Origin: Patescibacteria group bacterium
Lineage (GTDB): Bacteria > Patescibacteriota > Dojkabacteria > J137
Assembly: GCA_016861265.1 (NCBI GenBank)
Contig: BOLA01000001.1
Span: 395,569-459,568 of the forward strand
Direction of reading: 5' to 3'
DNA: 64,000 bases
A model generated the notes under the pieces. The model ran no database searches. It was not told the origin of the DNA and saw only the letters and a list, made by a program, of their open reading frames with translations. This document shows positions 20,666 through 31,564 of the stretch, piece after piece; positions within the stretch are counted from its first letter, which is position 1, and every line of letters begins with the position of its first letter. The position numbers and the translations under genes were made by a program.

Positions 20666-22187
20666 ATTCTCGCTTAAGGATTTGAAATCCTTTGTACTGC
20701 TCTACTTCAATAAAATTATCATCAATTTCTGTTTTTAAACTTGGTTTAATTGCCAAGTCACTTTGAAGAAAAATTATATCGGCAGAAAGAATGTTTGCTT
20801 TTTCCTTCTCATACATTTCTTCTGTAAAATACATTTGTACATAAAAGAAATAATTATTAATAAAGTGAAGCTTGCTGAATGTGAATACCCAGGTATTAGA
20901 TGTATATAAATAAGGTCTTTTATAGTCTGAGTATTTGTTTACAATATATTCCGAAAAATTTTCAGTTAAATTATCTTTTTGAAAGAATAAACTTTCTACT
21001 TTATTTGTATCTTGGAAAAATGAACTGTAATAGAAATATGGAGATAACGATATATTTAATACTTTACCAACATTGCCCTCCTGCTCTGTAAAAAGGAAAA
21101 GCAGCAATCCAAATCCCGAAATAAAAATTAGAAGTTTTGTAAATTTAAAAAATATTTGAGTTGTCTTCTTAAAGTTATTTACAAAATATATTAATAGAAA
21201 TAATATTCCAGGCATTAACTGTAATAAATAATGCGGATAACTCCTTTGAGGATACAGTACAAGAAAAATCTCAAAAATAATTATATTGATTAGTACATAA
21301 TTCTGATGAGTGAGTATGTTTCTTTTATTAAGAAAAACATATTTAAATGATACTGCCGCAACTGCACCTCCAAATAGAATTAACAAAAGCAGACTTCGAC
21401 CTATCACACTACCTAGAATGTTTACTGTATATGTAGTCTGGTCCGCATAACCAAAGTTAATAGTGATTAGAGTCTTGTATGCTTCTTCTAAATTTCCGCT
21501 TATTATGAATACAAAAATCAGTATTAACAAAGGGACAAGAAACCCCACCAAAAACTTTACTAAGTCCTTGATCAACAGCTTTCTATTGCTAATCAAGATT
21601 GAGAATATATAAATACCTGTAACAAACAAGATCTCTGCAAATGCTTGGAATTTAAAACAAAAGCTCAGAAACAACAGGAAACCTTCAAAGTAGGAAAGTC
21701 TATTATTTAATATCCTAAGAAAAAATAGAGATATTATTGGGACAAAAAAGACTTCAACGTTTACTGTATTACCTTCTAAGACGGGAAGTACAAGTAATAA
21801 GGAAATAATTGATAATACAAAACTTGAGGTTTTCTTACCTACTCCTAGCTTCTTTAATATATGATAAAAAATTATTATATTCAGAATCTTAATTACAATT
21901 GCTGCACATCTGAGAAAGAACATACCACTAATAGGCCCCAGAACAGATGTAACCATATAAATAATATAGATTAGTGGGGGTTTATGGTCCCAAACATCTT
22001 GATATAAAACCTCTCCGCTTAACATTGAGTGGGCAACAGCAGCATATACTCCTTCGTCAATTTCAAAGTATTTCTGAAATAAGTGAGGAATACTCAATAC
22101 TATAAGTAATAAGATTGGGATAAATAGTGTGGATCTAAAAATCTTACTAAGGCTATTTAATTTCATATACAAATACCTTATTATCAA
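20664..22187 (-). CDS. GT-C (ArnT/PMT-like) membrane glycosyltransferase
   Basis: DEGVY..LYQDVWDHKPPL first-loop motif, YPHY, many TM helices. Confidence 0.85.
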   Translation of the reverse strand: MIIRYLYMKLNSLSKIFRSTLFIPILLLIVLSIPHLFQKYFEIDEGVYAAVAHSMLSGEVLYQDVWDHKPPLIYIIYMVTSVLGPISGMFFLRCAAIVIKILNIIIFYHILKKLGVGKKTSSFVLSIISLLLVLPVLEGNTVNVEVFFVPIISLFFLRILNNRLSYFEGFLLFLSFCFKFQAFAEILFVTGIYIFSILISNRKLLIKDLVKFLVGFLVPLLILIFVFIISGNLEEAYKTLITINFGYADQTTYTVNILGSVIGRSLLLLILFGGAVAAVSFKYVFLNKRNILTHQNYVLINIIIFEIFLVLYPQRSYPHYLLQLMPGILFLLIYFVNNFKKTTQIFFKFTKLLIFISGFGLLLFLFTEQEGNVGKVLNISLSPYFYYSSFFQDTNKVESLFFQKDNLTENFSEYIVNKYSDYKRPYLYTSNTWVFTFSKLHFINNYFFYVQMYFTEEMYEKEKANILSADIIFLQSDLAIKPSLKTEIDDNFIEVEQYKGFQILKRE

Positions 22188-23550
22188 ACTCCTTAATTAA
22201 ACTTGCATTAGAATCGATATCTTCCTTAGTGATTTTGTTTGTAATTGGACTCCATTCTGTCCATACATAAATTCCAGGTGTCCTTAGAGCGTAGTCATCC
22301 GAAAAATAAATCTTTGAATTTAACAAGTTTCTTTGCGAGTAGTAAAGAATCTCAGGTCTATCTGCTGCAATAAATGTTTCTTCCGTATAATTATCTTTTA
22401 ACCATTCACCAGATTCGACAAAGTAACTTTCTACTTTGGGAAACTCTTTGGTATTTACGATTGTCCCAGTTAAATACATACCTAATAATGCAGTTTGTAA
22501 TGCTGAGACAATGACCAAGCTCAATATAAAAATTCGTGGTGAAAATAGTGATCTGATTATTACAAAAATTGAACATATAAAAATAATAAGAAAAGGAATA
22601 ACGGAAACGAAATATCGCATTAGCCCTGCTGTACCAAAGGCTCCCCGACTCCACAAAACCGCTTGTACGGTTACAAAACCAGTAAACAATACGAATGAAT
22701 ATGTAATAAGTTTTTTATTGACTAGTTTATGCTTATATTTACCTAGAAAAAATACTGCAATAATAAAGCAAGTGCTCAAGATAAACTCTTTTGTCAGGAA
22801 AAGTTTTGGATAATCAAACAATGTACCATTGCCATAGTTACCGGCAGAATAAGATTGAAAAAAAGTTCTAAAGTATAGAATATCTCCTGTAATAAAGAAT
22901 CCCAATAAATCCCAAATTATGAATGGCAAGAATGAATATAGAGTATTTTTTACAATTTGTTTTGCAGTTAGTTTATATGCGTACAAAATATAACCAAGAT
23001 AAATAGCAATAAAAAATAGACCTTCAATTCTTGCCAGCACGCTAAGACCAATAAAAAGACTTGCTAACGTAAACTTCTTTTTTGTAAGAAAATAGAAAGA
23101 ACCTACTAATGTTAGTGTGAAAATTGGTTCTGTAAGAACTGATACAGAAGATTTGAATAGCGTTAAGCTAAATGAACTTAATATTAATGCCACAACTGCA
23201 ACTGCAAAATTCTTATAGACATTCAAAACAATTTTATAAACCAACCACGAAATTAAAATAAATATTAAAGTATTAATTATTTCTATAAGAAAAAAATCTT
23301 TAATATTAAATATTTGCACTATTAATCCCAAAGGGTAAATGTAAAGAGGTTTAGACCAAACATTCAATCCTAATATCAGGTTTTGCGGAAAGTCTGCGAA
23401 TATGGATCTTAGTTCTAAGAAATGCATATATGAGTCTGGTTCCCACTCGGTATTATTAAACGTGAATAAGGTTACTAACTTAACAAGAAATACTACTACT
23501 ATTAAAAGTAAGACAAACTTTGTTTTGTTATTTAATATCCAGGATTTCAT
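22153..23550 (-). CDS. GT-C membrane glycosyltransferase
   Basis: EPDSYMH, W.KPLY, LTEP, R.EG, RY motifs; many TM helices. Confidence 0.8.
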   Translation of the reverse strand: MKSWILNNKTKFVLLLIVVVFLVKLVTLFTFNNTEWEPDSYMHFLELRSIFADFPQNLILGLNVWSKPLYIYPLGLIVQIFNIKDFFLIEIINTLIFILISWLVYKIVLNVYKNFAVAVVALILSSFSLTLFKSSVSVLTEPIFTLTLVGSFYFLTKKKFTLASLFIGLSVLARIEGLFFIAIYLGYILYAYKLTAKQIVKNTLYSFLPFIIWDLLGFFITGDILYFRTFFQSYSAGNYGNGTLFDYPKLFLTKEFILSTCFIIAVFFLGKYKHKLVNKKLITYSFVLFTGFVTVQAVLWSRGAFGTAGLMRYFVSVIPFLIIFICSIFVIIRSLFSPRIFILSLVIVSALQTALLGMYLTGTIVNTKEFPKVESYFVESGEWLKDNYTEETFIAADRPEILYYSQRNLLNSKIYFSDDYALRTPGIYVWTEWSPITNKITKEDIDSNASLIKEFDNKVFVYEIK

Positions 23551-23697
23551 AAATATATATTATCAATTCTTTTAGATATTAACCTAAAAAATTTTATATT
23601 CATAACCTATAGCGTTAATTGAGTAATTTTTTTGAATAATTATGATAGTATTTTTATTAGTCTAGAACTAGACTGTAAATAATATTCATTTTAAATT

Positions 23698-25284
23698 ATG
23701 GGAAATTCGTCTCAACTAAAACTAATTGGCATATCATTCTTTAATAGACTAATTACAATCTTAAGAAAGTACGGATTACTTATAATATTTTTACTAGCAT
23801 ATCTGCTACTATCACTACTCACCTATAAAGATTATGGAATTACCTGGGACGAAAGAGATGTTTATACATATGGAGAACAGTACTATCTACACTCAACAGG
23901 AAAACCATCTTCCTTTTTTGACCGAGATCTTGGAAGTGCACAGAATGAAAATTTATTAGTACTATACAATCATTTCTATCCTGGCGTTATTTTTGCAATT
24001 AATTACTTTATTAGTGGTAGTAGAGAAATAAATTACACCAACATGCATTTAATCAATCTATGCATGGCATCGTTTATTTTTATTGCAGCTTACGTTGTTT
24101 TATTAAAGAAATATAAAAAATCGACAACAGCAATTCTAGGTCCATTATTCTTGTTACTACTTCCTAGATTCATAGGCGATATACCAACTAATGTTCGTGA
24201 TGTAAGTTTTGCGATTTTCTTCTTTATTGCAATTTCACTTATATATAAGTTTTATCCTAATATTGATAGATTCAAACTAATTATACTTGGGTTAATATTT
24301 GGTCTTACCCAAAGCTCTAGAGTAGTTGGGTTTACACTCTACTTTATTTACTTTACGTATGCGTTGTTAATCTTTTATCGTGATAATAAAAAAATCACGT
24401 TTAAAATAGTACGCAAATTAGTAATTGATTTAGTAATAATTGGAATGATTGCACTACTTGTGAATGTAATCACCTCTCCATATTTAGGCTCAAACTTTTT
24501 AGTCAATTTTATAAATAGTATTAAGTATTCTAGGGCAATTTCTAGCCAGGGTGAAATGTTATTTAATGGAGAAAATGTAATTTATTCCGATGCAGGATTG
24601 GCTTACCTACCTACATTATTTATGATTACTACGCCAATAATGTTTATGTTGTTATCCGGCTATTCATTTTACAGATTAATACGAAACAAACTAGAAAATA
24701 ATCTGCTTCTAATCTTCTGGATTGCAATAGTTTACAGTTTTGGCCTTTACTTTATATCCAGGCCCATAATATTTGATGGCATTCGTCACTTTCTATTCTT
24801 ACTACCTTTAATTTCTATAGTATCTACAATAGGGATTATCGAAATTGCGAAAACACGAAATAAAACAGTAAGATTAGCTACAGTTGCCTTTATAGCACTT
24901 AATTCACTGCTTGTAATAATACAATATGCACGCTTATATCCTTATCAATATATATATTTTAATGAGTTAATCGGATATACAAGCGGTGCCTATCAAAAGT
25001 ATGAAAATGACTATTGGGGAGCAAGCTATAAGGAAGCTATACAGTGGCTAGTAGATAATCAAATAAATGCAAACGATAACTATACAATTAATACATGTGC
25101 ACACCCTATGCAAAGTATCTACTATCTTCCCGACAATTTAAAATGGACGGACAAAACTAGCGATGCAGATTTCTTTGTGTGTTACGGTAGAACTAACGAA
25201 AACTTGAAAGTCGACCAGAGTAAATTAATACATGTTATAACTAGAGAAAATGTTCCACTGAATTACATTTACAAGTTAAAATAA
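23698..25284 (+). CDS. GT-C (PMT/GT39-like) membrane glycosyltransferase
   Basis: DYGITWDE, PRF.G, FDGIRHFLF, YPYQY.YFNE, DYWG motifs. Confidence 0.85.
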   Translation: MGNSSQLKLIGISFFNRLITILRKYGLLIIFLLAYLLLSLLTYKDYGITWDERDVYTYGEQYYLHSTGKPSSFFDRDLGSAQNENLLVLYNHFYPGVIFAINYFISGSREINYTNMHLINLCMASFIFIAAYVVLLKKYKKSTTAILGPLFLLLLPRFIGDIPTNVRDVSFAIFFFIAISLIYKFYPNIDRFKLIILGLIFGLTQSSRVVGFTLYFIYFTYALLIFYRDNKKITFKIVRKLVIDLVIIGMIALLVNVITSPYLGSNFLVNFINSIKYSRAISSQGEMLFNGENVIYSDAGLAYLPTLFMITTPIMFMLLSGYSFYRLIRNKLENNLLLIFWIAIVYSFGLYFISRPIIFDGIRHFLFLLPLISIVSTIGIIEIAKTRNKTVRLATVAFIALNSLLVIIQYARLYPYQYIYFNELIGYTSGAYQKYENDYWGASYKEAIQWLVDNQINANDNYTINTCAHPMQSIYYLPDNLKWTDKTSDADFFVCYGRTNENLKVDQSKLIHVITRENVPLNYIYKLK

Positions 25285-25327
25285 CTAAAGAATAATTAAT
25301 ATATCATTTTTAAATTAAAACATTGCA

Positions 25328-26062
25328 ATGAAAACGCTATCAATAGTAATACCAGTCTATAACGAGGAAAAGACATTAGAAATACTTGTGAATAAAGTAT
25401 TGGAAGTAAAATTTCCTTCTGAAATTCAAACAGAAATTATTTTGGTTAATGATGGATCAAAGGACAAAAGTGGGGAGATAATGGATGAACTTGCAAGAAG
25501 GCATGACAATATAAAGTCTTATCATAACGAAAAAAACTCAGGGAAAACACAGACTGTAAAGAATGGGTTAAGTTATACCACAGGCGAGATTGTTGTTATT
25601 CAAGATGCAGACCTAGAATACGAACCCAATGAATTGGCAGAAATGCTTGAGGTAATGATGAGTAATAACCTAGATGTAGTCTACGGAAATAGATTCGGAA
25701 AGAAGAACAAAGTGATCTATCTACAAAATTACATTGGCAACAAAGCGTTATCGTTTTTTTCAAATGTGTTTACTTACCCTAGAATTAAAACCTACATCCC
25801 TGACATGGAAGTTTGCTACAAAATGATGCCGGGATCAGTTGCAAGGGAACTAGGGAAAACAATTACATCTACTAGCAAATTTGGCTTAGAACCAGAAATT
25901 ACTGCTAAGCTTTCAAAGTATAAATTGAATGGCAAACATTTAAAGTTTGGAATTGTTCCTATTAGTTACTACCCAAGGACAATAGCTGAAGGGAAAAAAA
26001 TGAGTGCATTCAGCGATGGGGCTAAGGCATTAAAAGAAATAATTGAATATAATTTAAAATAA
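25328..26062 (+). CDS. polyprenol-phosphate glycosyltransferase (DPM synthase-like GT2)
   Basis: VIPVYNEE, NDGSKD, QDADLEY.P, DME.CYK, FG.EPEITAK, EGKK motifs. Confidence 0.9.
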   Translation: MKTLSIVIPVYNEEKTLEILVNKVLEVKFPSEIQTEIILVNDGSKDKSGEIMDELARRHDNIKSYHNEKNSGKTQTVKNGLSYTTGEIVVIQDADLEYEPNELAEMLEVMMSNNLDVVYGNRFGKKNKVIYLQNYIGNKALSFFSNVFTYPRIKTYIPDMEVCYKMMPGSVARELGKTITSTSKFGLEPEITAKLSKYKLNGKHLKFGIVPISYYPRTIAEGKKMSAFSDGAKALKEIIEYNLK

Positions 26063-26066
26063 TAGT

Positions 26067-27389
26067 GTGAAGACAATTGCGATATTAGGAGGAGGTTTTA
26101 CCGGACTAACTGCCGCCTACAGACTTGCTCAGAAAGGTTACAAAGTTACAATATACGAAAAAGGTGACTCTGTTGGTGGTTTGGCGAGTGGTTTTGAAAT
26201 AAGTGGCAATAATTTAGAAAAAGCCTATCACCATATTTTCAAAACCGATACCGACATAATTGCTATAACTAATGAACTGGGAATCCAGGACAAACTACAG
26301 TGGCACGATAGTTCTGTATCTATTTACAGAAAAGGTAAATTATATCCATTTATTACACCTATCGATCTAATTAAATTTTCTCCACTTAGCATCTTTAGTC
26401 GAATACGAGCTGGCTTGGTTGTGCTTTATTTACAAAAGTCTAGCAATTGGAAGAATCTACAAGAACAAACAGCTGCACAATGGATGAGAAGATGGTCAGG
26501 ACGACAAGTCTATAACGTAATTTGGAAGCCATTATTACTAGGTAAGTTCGACAAATTCTACGATAAAATATCGATGGCTTGGCTTTGGGCAAGAGTTCAT
26601 ATTAGGGCTAACTCTAAACAAAAAGGAGATAGCAAAGAAAAACTAGGATACTACAAGGGAGGCTTTATACAAGTTGTAAATGCCTTAGAGAATAAATTAA
26701 AGGGACTCGGAGCTGATATTACGTTAAATGCGGCAGTTGATTCCATTAAAACCACACATAACAAGACTGAGATCAAAGTAAATAATCAGCAGTACAAATT
26801 TGACGCCGTACTCTCTACTCTACCTTCAAATGTATTTGCAAAACTAATTAAGGAAGATAGCAAGAAAATTAAAGAATATGTAAGTAAGCTTGACTCTATT
26901 AATTATATTGGGGCGGTATTAAATGTATTTTCTTATCCCGAAAGTCTCAGTGAATACTATTGGCATAATATAAATGATACTAGCTTTCCTTTTCTAGTAT
27001 TTATTCAACATACGAATTTAGTTGGAACTAAAGATTATAATAATCATCATATTTACTATATTGGTACATATGTTCCCCATGATCATAAATACTTTTCGTC
27101 CAACGATAAAGAGATAAAAGACGAATGGTACAGCTATTTAAAAAGGATTTTCAAAGATTTTGAACCTGAAAAAATTATTGAGAATAATATATTCAAGTTT
27201 AAGTTTGCTCAGCACATAGTAGATACAGAATATCAAAATAAAATTCCAGATTATAAAACACCTCTTAAAAATGTTTACTTGTCTAACTTTTCTCAAATAT
27301 ACCCTGAAGATAGAGGTACCAATTACGCTGTAAGAGAAGGTAATAAGATTGCAGAAATCATAGATAAGGATTTACAATTAGCTGAATAA
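26067..27389 (+). CDS. FAD-dependent oxidoreductase (HemY/amine-oxidase-like family of glycan loci)
   Basis: GGGFTGL.AA, GGLA, YHHIF, IYPEDRGTNYAV motifs. Confidence 0.85.
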   Translation: MKTIAILGGGFTGLTAAYRLAQKGYKVTIYEKGDSVGGLASGFEISGNNLEKAYHHIFKTDTDIIAITNELGIQDKLQWHDSSVSIYRKGKLYPFITPIDLIKFSPLSIFSRIRAGLVVLYLQKSSNWKNLQEQTAAQWMRRWSGRQVYNVIWKPLLLGKFDKFYDKISMAWLWARVHIRANSKQKGDSKEKLGYYKGGFIQVVNALENKLKGLGADITLNAAVDSIKTTHNKTEIKVNNQQYKFDAVLSTLPSNVFAKLIKEDSKKIKEYVSKLDSINYIGAVLNVFSYPESLSEYYWHNINDTSFPFLVFIQHTNLVGTKDYNNHHIYYIGTYVPHDHKYFSSNDKEIKDEWYSYLKRIFKDFEPEKIIENNIFKFKFAQHIVDTEYQNKIPDYKTPLKNVYLSNFSQIYPEDRGTNYAVREGNKIAEIIDKDLQLAE

Positions 27390-27403
27390 TTTATACATAC
27401 AAT

Positions 27404-27892
27404 ATGAAAGAAAAATTTACAAAAGTTACTAATATAGTATTAGGTTTAATTAAGTCCAAGGAGTTTCAAAAGTTCTTTGTTATTGGAATATCGACTTTCA
27501 TTCTTGACTTTACTTTACTACAGATATTCCTAAGAGCCTTTAATATACCACCAGAGGATCATGCTAGGGAAACAGTCGCGAATATAGGTTCCTCACTTAT
27601 TGCAATTGCTGTTAATTATATTCTTCAACGAAGTTGGGCATTTCAGTCCAAGAACAAAGATATTGTAAGAGAATCTGGAAAATTCTTTCTCGTACAGGGT
27701 TTAAATTTGGTATTATTCCAAACACTTCTATTTAGTGCTGTGAACTATTTATTAACTCCTGGAATTTCGAAAGTTATTGTTACTGGAATTCAGATCGCGT
27801 TTAGTTTTGTAATGTACAAATTCTTCGTTTTTAAAACCAAAGTTACTACATCTGAGGAAATTCAGGAAACAGTAGCTGGAGGAATGGTTTAA
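27404..27892 (+). CDS. GtrA-family flippase
   Basis: KFFVIG..DF, NY.LQR.WAF, K.FVFK; four TM helices. Confidence 0.88.
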   Translation: MKEKFTKVTNIVLGLIKSKEFQKFFVIGISTFILDFTLLQIFLRAFNIPPEDHARETVANIGSSLIAIAVNYILQRSWAFQSKNKDIVRESGKFFLVQGLNLVLFQTLLFSAVNYLLTPGISKVIVTGIQIAFSFVMYKFFVFKTKVTTSEEIQETVAGGMV

Positions 27893-29461
27893 TTAAACGG
27901 GGCGTTTGTAACACCTGGACACAGTAAATACATTATTTGTATAAATAACTTCTTTATCACATAATTCAGCGAATTTTGTGATAAATATCTCATTACCCCA
28001 GTTAAAAAAGTCACTCTTAACTAGATAGACTTTATTATTATCTAAATACTCCTGTTGCATATAGTAACAATTTTTAAAATTCAGCGAGTCCTTCATTATG
28101 TATTCCAGATCCCTATTTGCCCACCAACCGCATCCAGCTAAAACTACATCCGGATTATCTCTCTTAAAATTATCTAGGAACTCGGCAGTCTGCAATAAAG
28201 CTGTAAGTCGGGAAGTATCTGATAATTCACTATTATCTCTTAAAGTAATTGCTGCTCTAGTAATTAATGTAAGTAAGATAAAAAATATACAACAAAACTG
28301 GGTAATATTTCTTTTGTTCCAACTCCGAAATACTAGTACAGAAACTATAAATGACATGTACATTAAAATCTGAATTATGTGTCTTAACCAACCATCTTGA
28401 GATATAGTAAACCACCATACTAAATGTAGTAAGGTATTTAATACTAAGGCAAACATAATTACATTAATTCTATTAACCTTAAAGGAACGAATTATTTTTA
28501 GAGATAGGATTATTGCAATAATAAGCGTTAACAACAAGAATATTAATGCGAAAATATCACCTCTTAAATAAGTAGAAAGCGTACTAAAACTTCGATCAAT
28601 ATTTTCGCCTATGACTACTAACTTTGAGTTAATTCCATGTGTGCTAATTAGTTTTGATAAACCGGAGGCTTTAAGAAAGAATTCGGAAAATGATTCTGAG
28701 GCCTGCATTACATTAGATGGTAGAATCTTTTCCCCGAGAAATTTTAAAATTAAATAAGCTAGGTATGTTATTACAAATGATGCAGAAAATATAGAGACTA
28801 ACTTAGCTTTATGTAGTATTAGGTGTCTTTTATGTGAATTAGACTCAGAACGTGCGGCAATTATTATTGTAATAATTGCCGCTGGGAAAAATAAAAATAC
28901 AATAGATTTTATAAGTGCGGCTAACCCCAATAAAATTCCTGCTACAATTAACGCTTTGGTAGTAAATTTGGATAAGAATATTGCTGCTAATATTATGAAT
29001 AGTGCCGAAGGAACTTCGCCTAAAAATGTCACAAAGTTTTCAACAGGAACTAATAGGAATGAAAGTAGCAAGAAAAGAGTCAACGATAAGTACAACTTCC
29101 TGGATTTAATAAATCTCGTGTAAAGTATTGCTACAATTCCTACAAGGAAGAAAGCGTAAGTTATTAGCTGAGGTACCCAATATTGATTACCAAACAATTT
29201 TATAAGCAGCGCTGCAGGCACAACCATAACCGGACCGGTTGTTACCTCTGAATTAAAATATATATAATTATCGTATGAACTTACATAAGAAAGACCACTT
29301 GCTAAATTCTTGGCTATACTTATATTATAAGCATCGTCATATGCAATAGATTGAGTAAATACTCTAACTAAAAGTATTATCGATAAAGACAAGAAAACAA
29401 AAGTAAATAATGCAAAAGGAAAATACTTTGATTTTACAAAGTTTAAAAATTTATTTCTCAT
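27893..29461 (-). CDS. GT-C membrane glycosyltransferase
   Basis: YDDAYN..AKNLA.G, TGP..P, GE.PS, W.RH; many TM helices. Confidence 0.8.
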   Translation of the reverse strand: MRNKFLNFVKSKYFPFALFTFVFLSLSIILLVRVFTQSIAYDDAYNISIAKNLASGLSYVSSYDNYIYFNSEVTTGPVMVVPAALLIKLFGNQYWVPQLITYAFFLVGIVAILYTRFIKSRKLYLSLTLFLLLSFLLVPVENFVTFLGEVPSALFIILAAIFLSKFTTKALIVAGILLGLAALIKSIVFLFFPAAIITIIIAARSESNSHKRHLILHKAKLVSIFSASFVITYLAYLILKFLGEKILPSNVMQASESFSEFFLKASGLSKLISTHGINSKLVVIGENIDRSFSTLSTYLRGDIFALIFLLLTLIIAIILSLKIIRSFKVNRINVIMFALVLNTLLHLVWWFTISQDGWLRHIIQILMYMSFIVSVLVFRSWNKRNITQFCCIFFILLTLITRAAITLRDNSELSDTSRLTALLQTAEFLDNFKRDNPDVVLAGCGWWANRDLEYIMKDSLNFKNCYYMQQEYLDNNKVYLVKSDFFNWGNEIFITKFAELCDKEVIYTNNVFTVSRCYKRPV

Positions 29462-31538
29462 TTATTAACCCAATTGAAGTAATCATAGTTCTATCAGCAC
29501 TCTCAGTTGAGTAGAAATCAATTCGAAGTTTATTAGATTCACAATTGAGTTTTACAGGTTTATCTAACGAATCTGTTTGCGAATATACGTATTCAATATT
29601 ATTCTCACTAGAACTTATACAGTCAACACCAAGGCTGTCATTTTTACCGTAGGCTCTGAATGTTAAATATACATAATCAAATTCTGTATCTGAAATAACT
29701 TCCAGGGACGATTTCTTATCAACACTAACGGGAGAAATATTAAAAACGGGAGTCGAATCTGTAGGTTTTTTAATCTGTACTTCAAGTAACTTAGTATCTA
29801 TGTTCATTCCGTTGCTGACCCGATTACCAGAGAAATCAGTAAAGTAACCCTGATAGTCATTTACTGAATTATTTATCTTATAAAGTTTATAACCTTCTTC
29901 ATCCATTACTAATTCTAAATCTGGGTTTTCAATTTTACCTGTATAAGTTGGATTAACAATAACATGGGTTACACCCATTTCTTTAAGCTTTATTAAACCA
30001 ATATCATTTAGGTGATCTTCAAACAAGTGCTTATTGAAATTGTAATCTTTAGGTTCAAACCCACTGTATCCATTTACAATTGGTTTAAAGTGTATTCCTC
30101 CATAATAAATGTATTTTGTAGTTTCAAAAGGACCAACGTCAATAGGAAGTTCCAAGATGGCTTTCACTGTGGAATCGTTTTTAACCTGATTATAGACCTG
30201 TGGTGTTTTGGCAACATCTTCGTAGCTAAAGAAATTATGATATGGGTAATATTCGCCAAGTATGAACACACTTACAATGGCAGTGAATGCTATTGCCCAC
30301 TTTCTACTTTTAAATTTAGATAATATTCTTGCGAAACCAAAGCCAGCAAGAATTCCTAGGAACATAAAGACCACGGTTGCGAACCTCCCCGTAACTCTAA
30401 TAAAGCGAATAGGCGGCAGCAAGTTAAAGACAAACCAATAAAGCAATGGTACCCTAGTTACCATATCGCTTAAATGTAGAAAAGGTCCAAAAGATAATAA
30501 TACAAAGAAGAGTCCAATGGCTGCAAAAATTAGTTTGGTTTTATCAATCTTAACCTTGAAACCATAAGATGTTCTTTTAAAAGAAAAAATTGCAATTATT
30601 GATAGCACTAGTGCAATATAACCTAAGAAGTTTATATTTTCTTGCCACCTATCTTTAGTTATTTTTAACCACGGTAACACTACTCCACCAATAAATGTAT
30701 TGGGTGGTGGCATTAAGTATCCGCCAATATCGGCAGAGTAAATCTTCAATTCATTAATTGTATATGCCGACTGATTCTCTTTATTAAATGCAAAATACGG
30801 CAGTGCGAATGGAAGAATTATAATTAGATTGGCCGCAATCATTACCCCAAATCTAATTAGATCTTTTTTTGCCAACTGCTTTTTATAAATAAAATAAGCC
30901 ACTAATAGCACAAACATGGCCCAAATAAAAATCATGTGGTACCAACTTGTTAATGACATTAGTAATAAAGAAGCTCCTACTCCCAACAAGAATTTAGTCT
31001 TCTTATTCTCAAAGTACCTAAATAGGAAGTAAATCACCAATGGGATATAAAATACAAGCATGTTCTGTAAGTGGCTGAAGTTGGCTATTCTATATGAACA
31101 GTAACCAAAAATTATTCCTGCCACTATTCCAGCAAGTCTTCGTTTTGTTAAATATTTAACTAGAATATATGCGCAGAATGCATTTAATGTATATCCTAGA
31201 ATCATTAAAAAGTTAAAAGATGCTGCAGGATTACCATTAGTTATTAACCATACTGGAATTGCCAAGATACTGCCAGCAATAAAATGCTCGCTATAAGTTA
31301 GGGTGTTTGAATTGGGATAATAAATATTTGCATTGTAAATATTCAGAGGATCAGTAAGTAACTTGTGAATATCCCAAGATACTGTCCATGCAAGTAATCT
31401 ACCGTCATTTTTTTCAATCTGAGTGGAAAATCCCGTAAATATTGTAGGGTTTATTACAAATGTAATACCTAGAAAGAAGATAAGAGGTAAAAAATATGTA
31501 ATTAAAAAATTCTTAAAGATACTTTTTCTTGTAATCAT
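29451..31538 (-). CDS. GT-C (YfhO-like) membrane glycosyltransferase
   Basis: ANIYYP..NTL.YSEH, H.Q, R...RF, VNGYSG motifs. Confidence 0.8.
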   Translation of the reverse strand: MITRKSIFKNFLITYFLPLIFFLGITFVINPTIFTGFSTQIEKNDGRLLAWTVSWDIHKLLTDPLNIYNANIYYPNSNTLTYSEHFIAGSILAIPVWLITNGNPAASFNFLMILGYTLNAFCAYILVKYLTKRRLAGIVAGIIFGYCSYRIANFSHLQNMLVFYIPLVIYFLFRYFENKKTKFLLGVGASLLLMSLTSWYHMIFIWAMFVLLVAYFIYKKQLAKKDLIRFGVMIAANLIIILPFALPYFAFNKENQSAYTINELKIYSADIGGYLMPPPNTFIGGVVLPWLKITKDRWQENINFLGYIALVLSIIAIFSFKRTSYGFKVKIDKTKLIFAAIGLFFVLLSFGPFLHLSDMVTRVPLLYWFVFNLLPPIRFIRVTGRFATVVFMFLGILAGFGFARILSKFKSRKWAIAFTAIVSVFILGEYYPYHNFFSYEDVAKTPQVYNQVKNDSTVKAILELPIDVGPFETTKYIYYGGIHFKPIVNGYSGFEPKDYNFNKHLFEDHLNDIGLIKLKEMGVTHVIVNPTYTGKIENPDLELVMDEEGYKLYKINNSVNDYQGYFTDFSGNRVSNGMNIDTKLLEVQIKKPTDSTPVFNISPVSVDKKSSLEVISDTEFDYVYLTFRAYGKNDSLGVDCISSSENNIEYVYSQTDSLDKPVKLNCESNKLRIDFYSTESADRTMITSIGLINEK

Positions 31539-31564
31539 ACAACTTTACTAAGCTTTAAATATAA

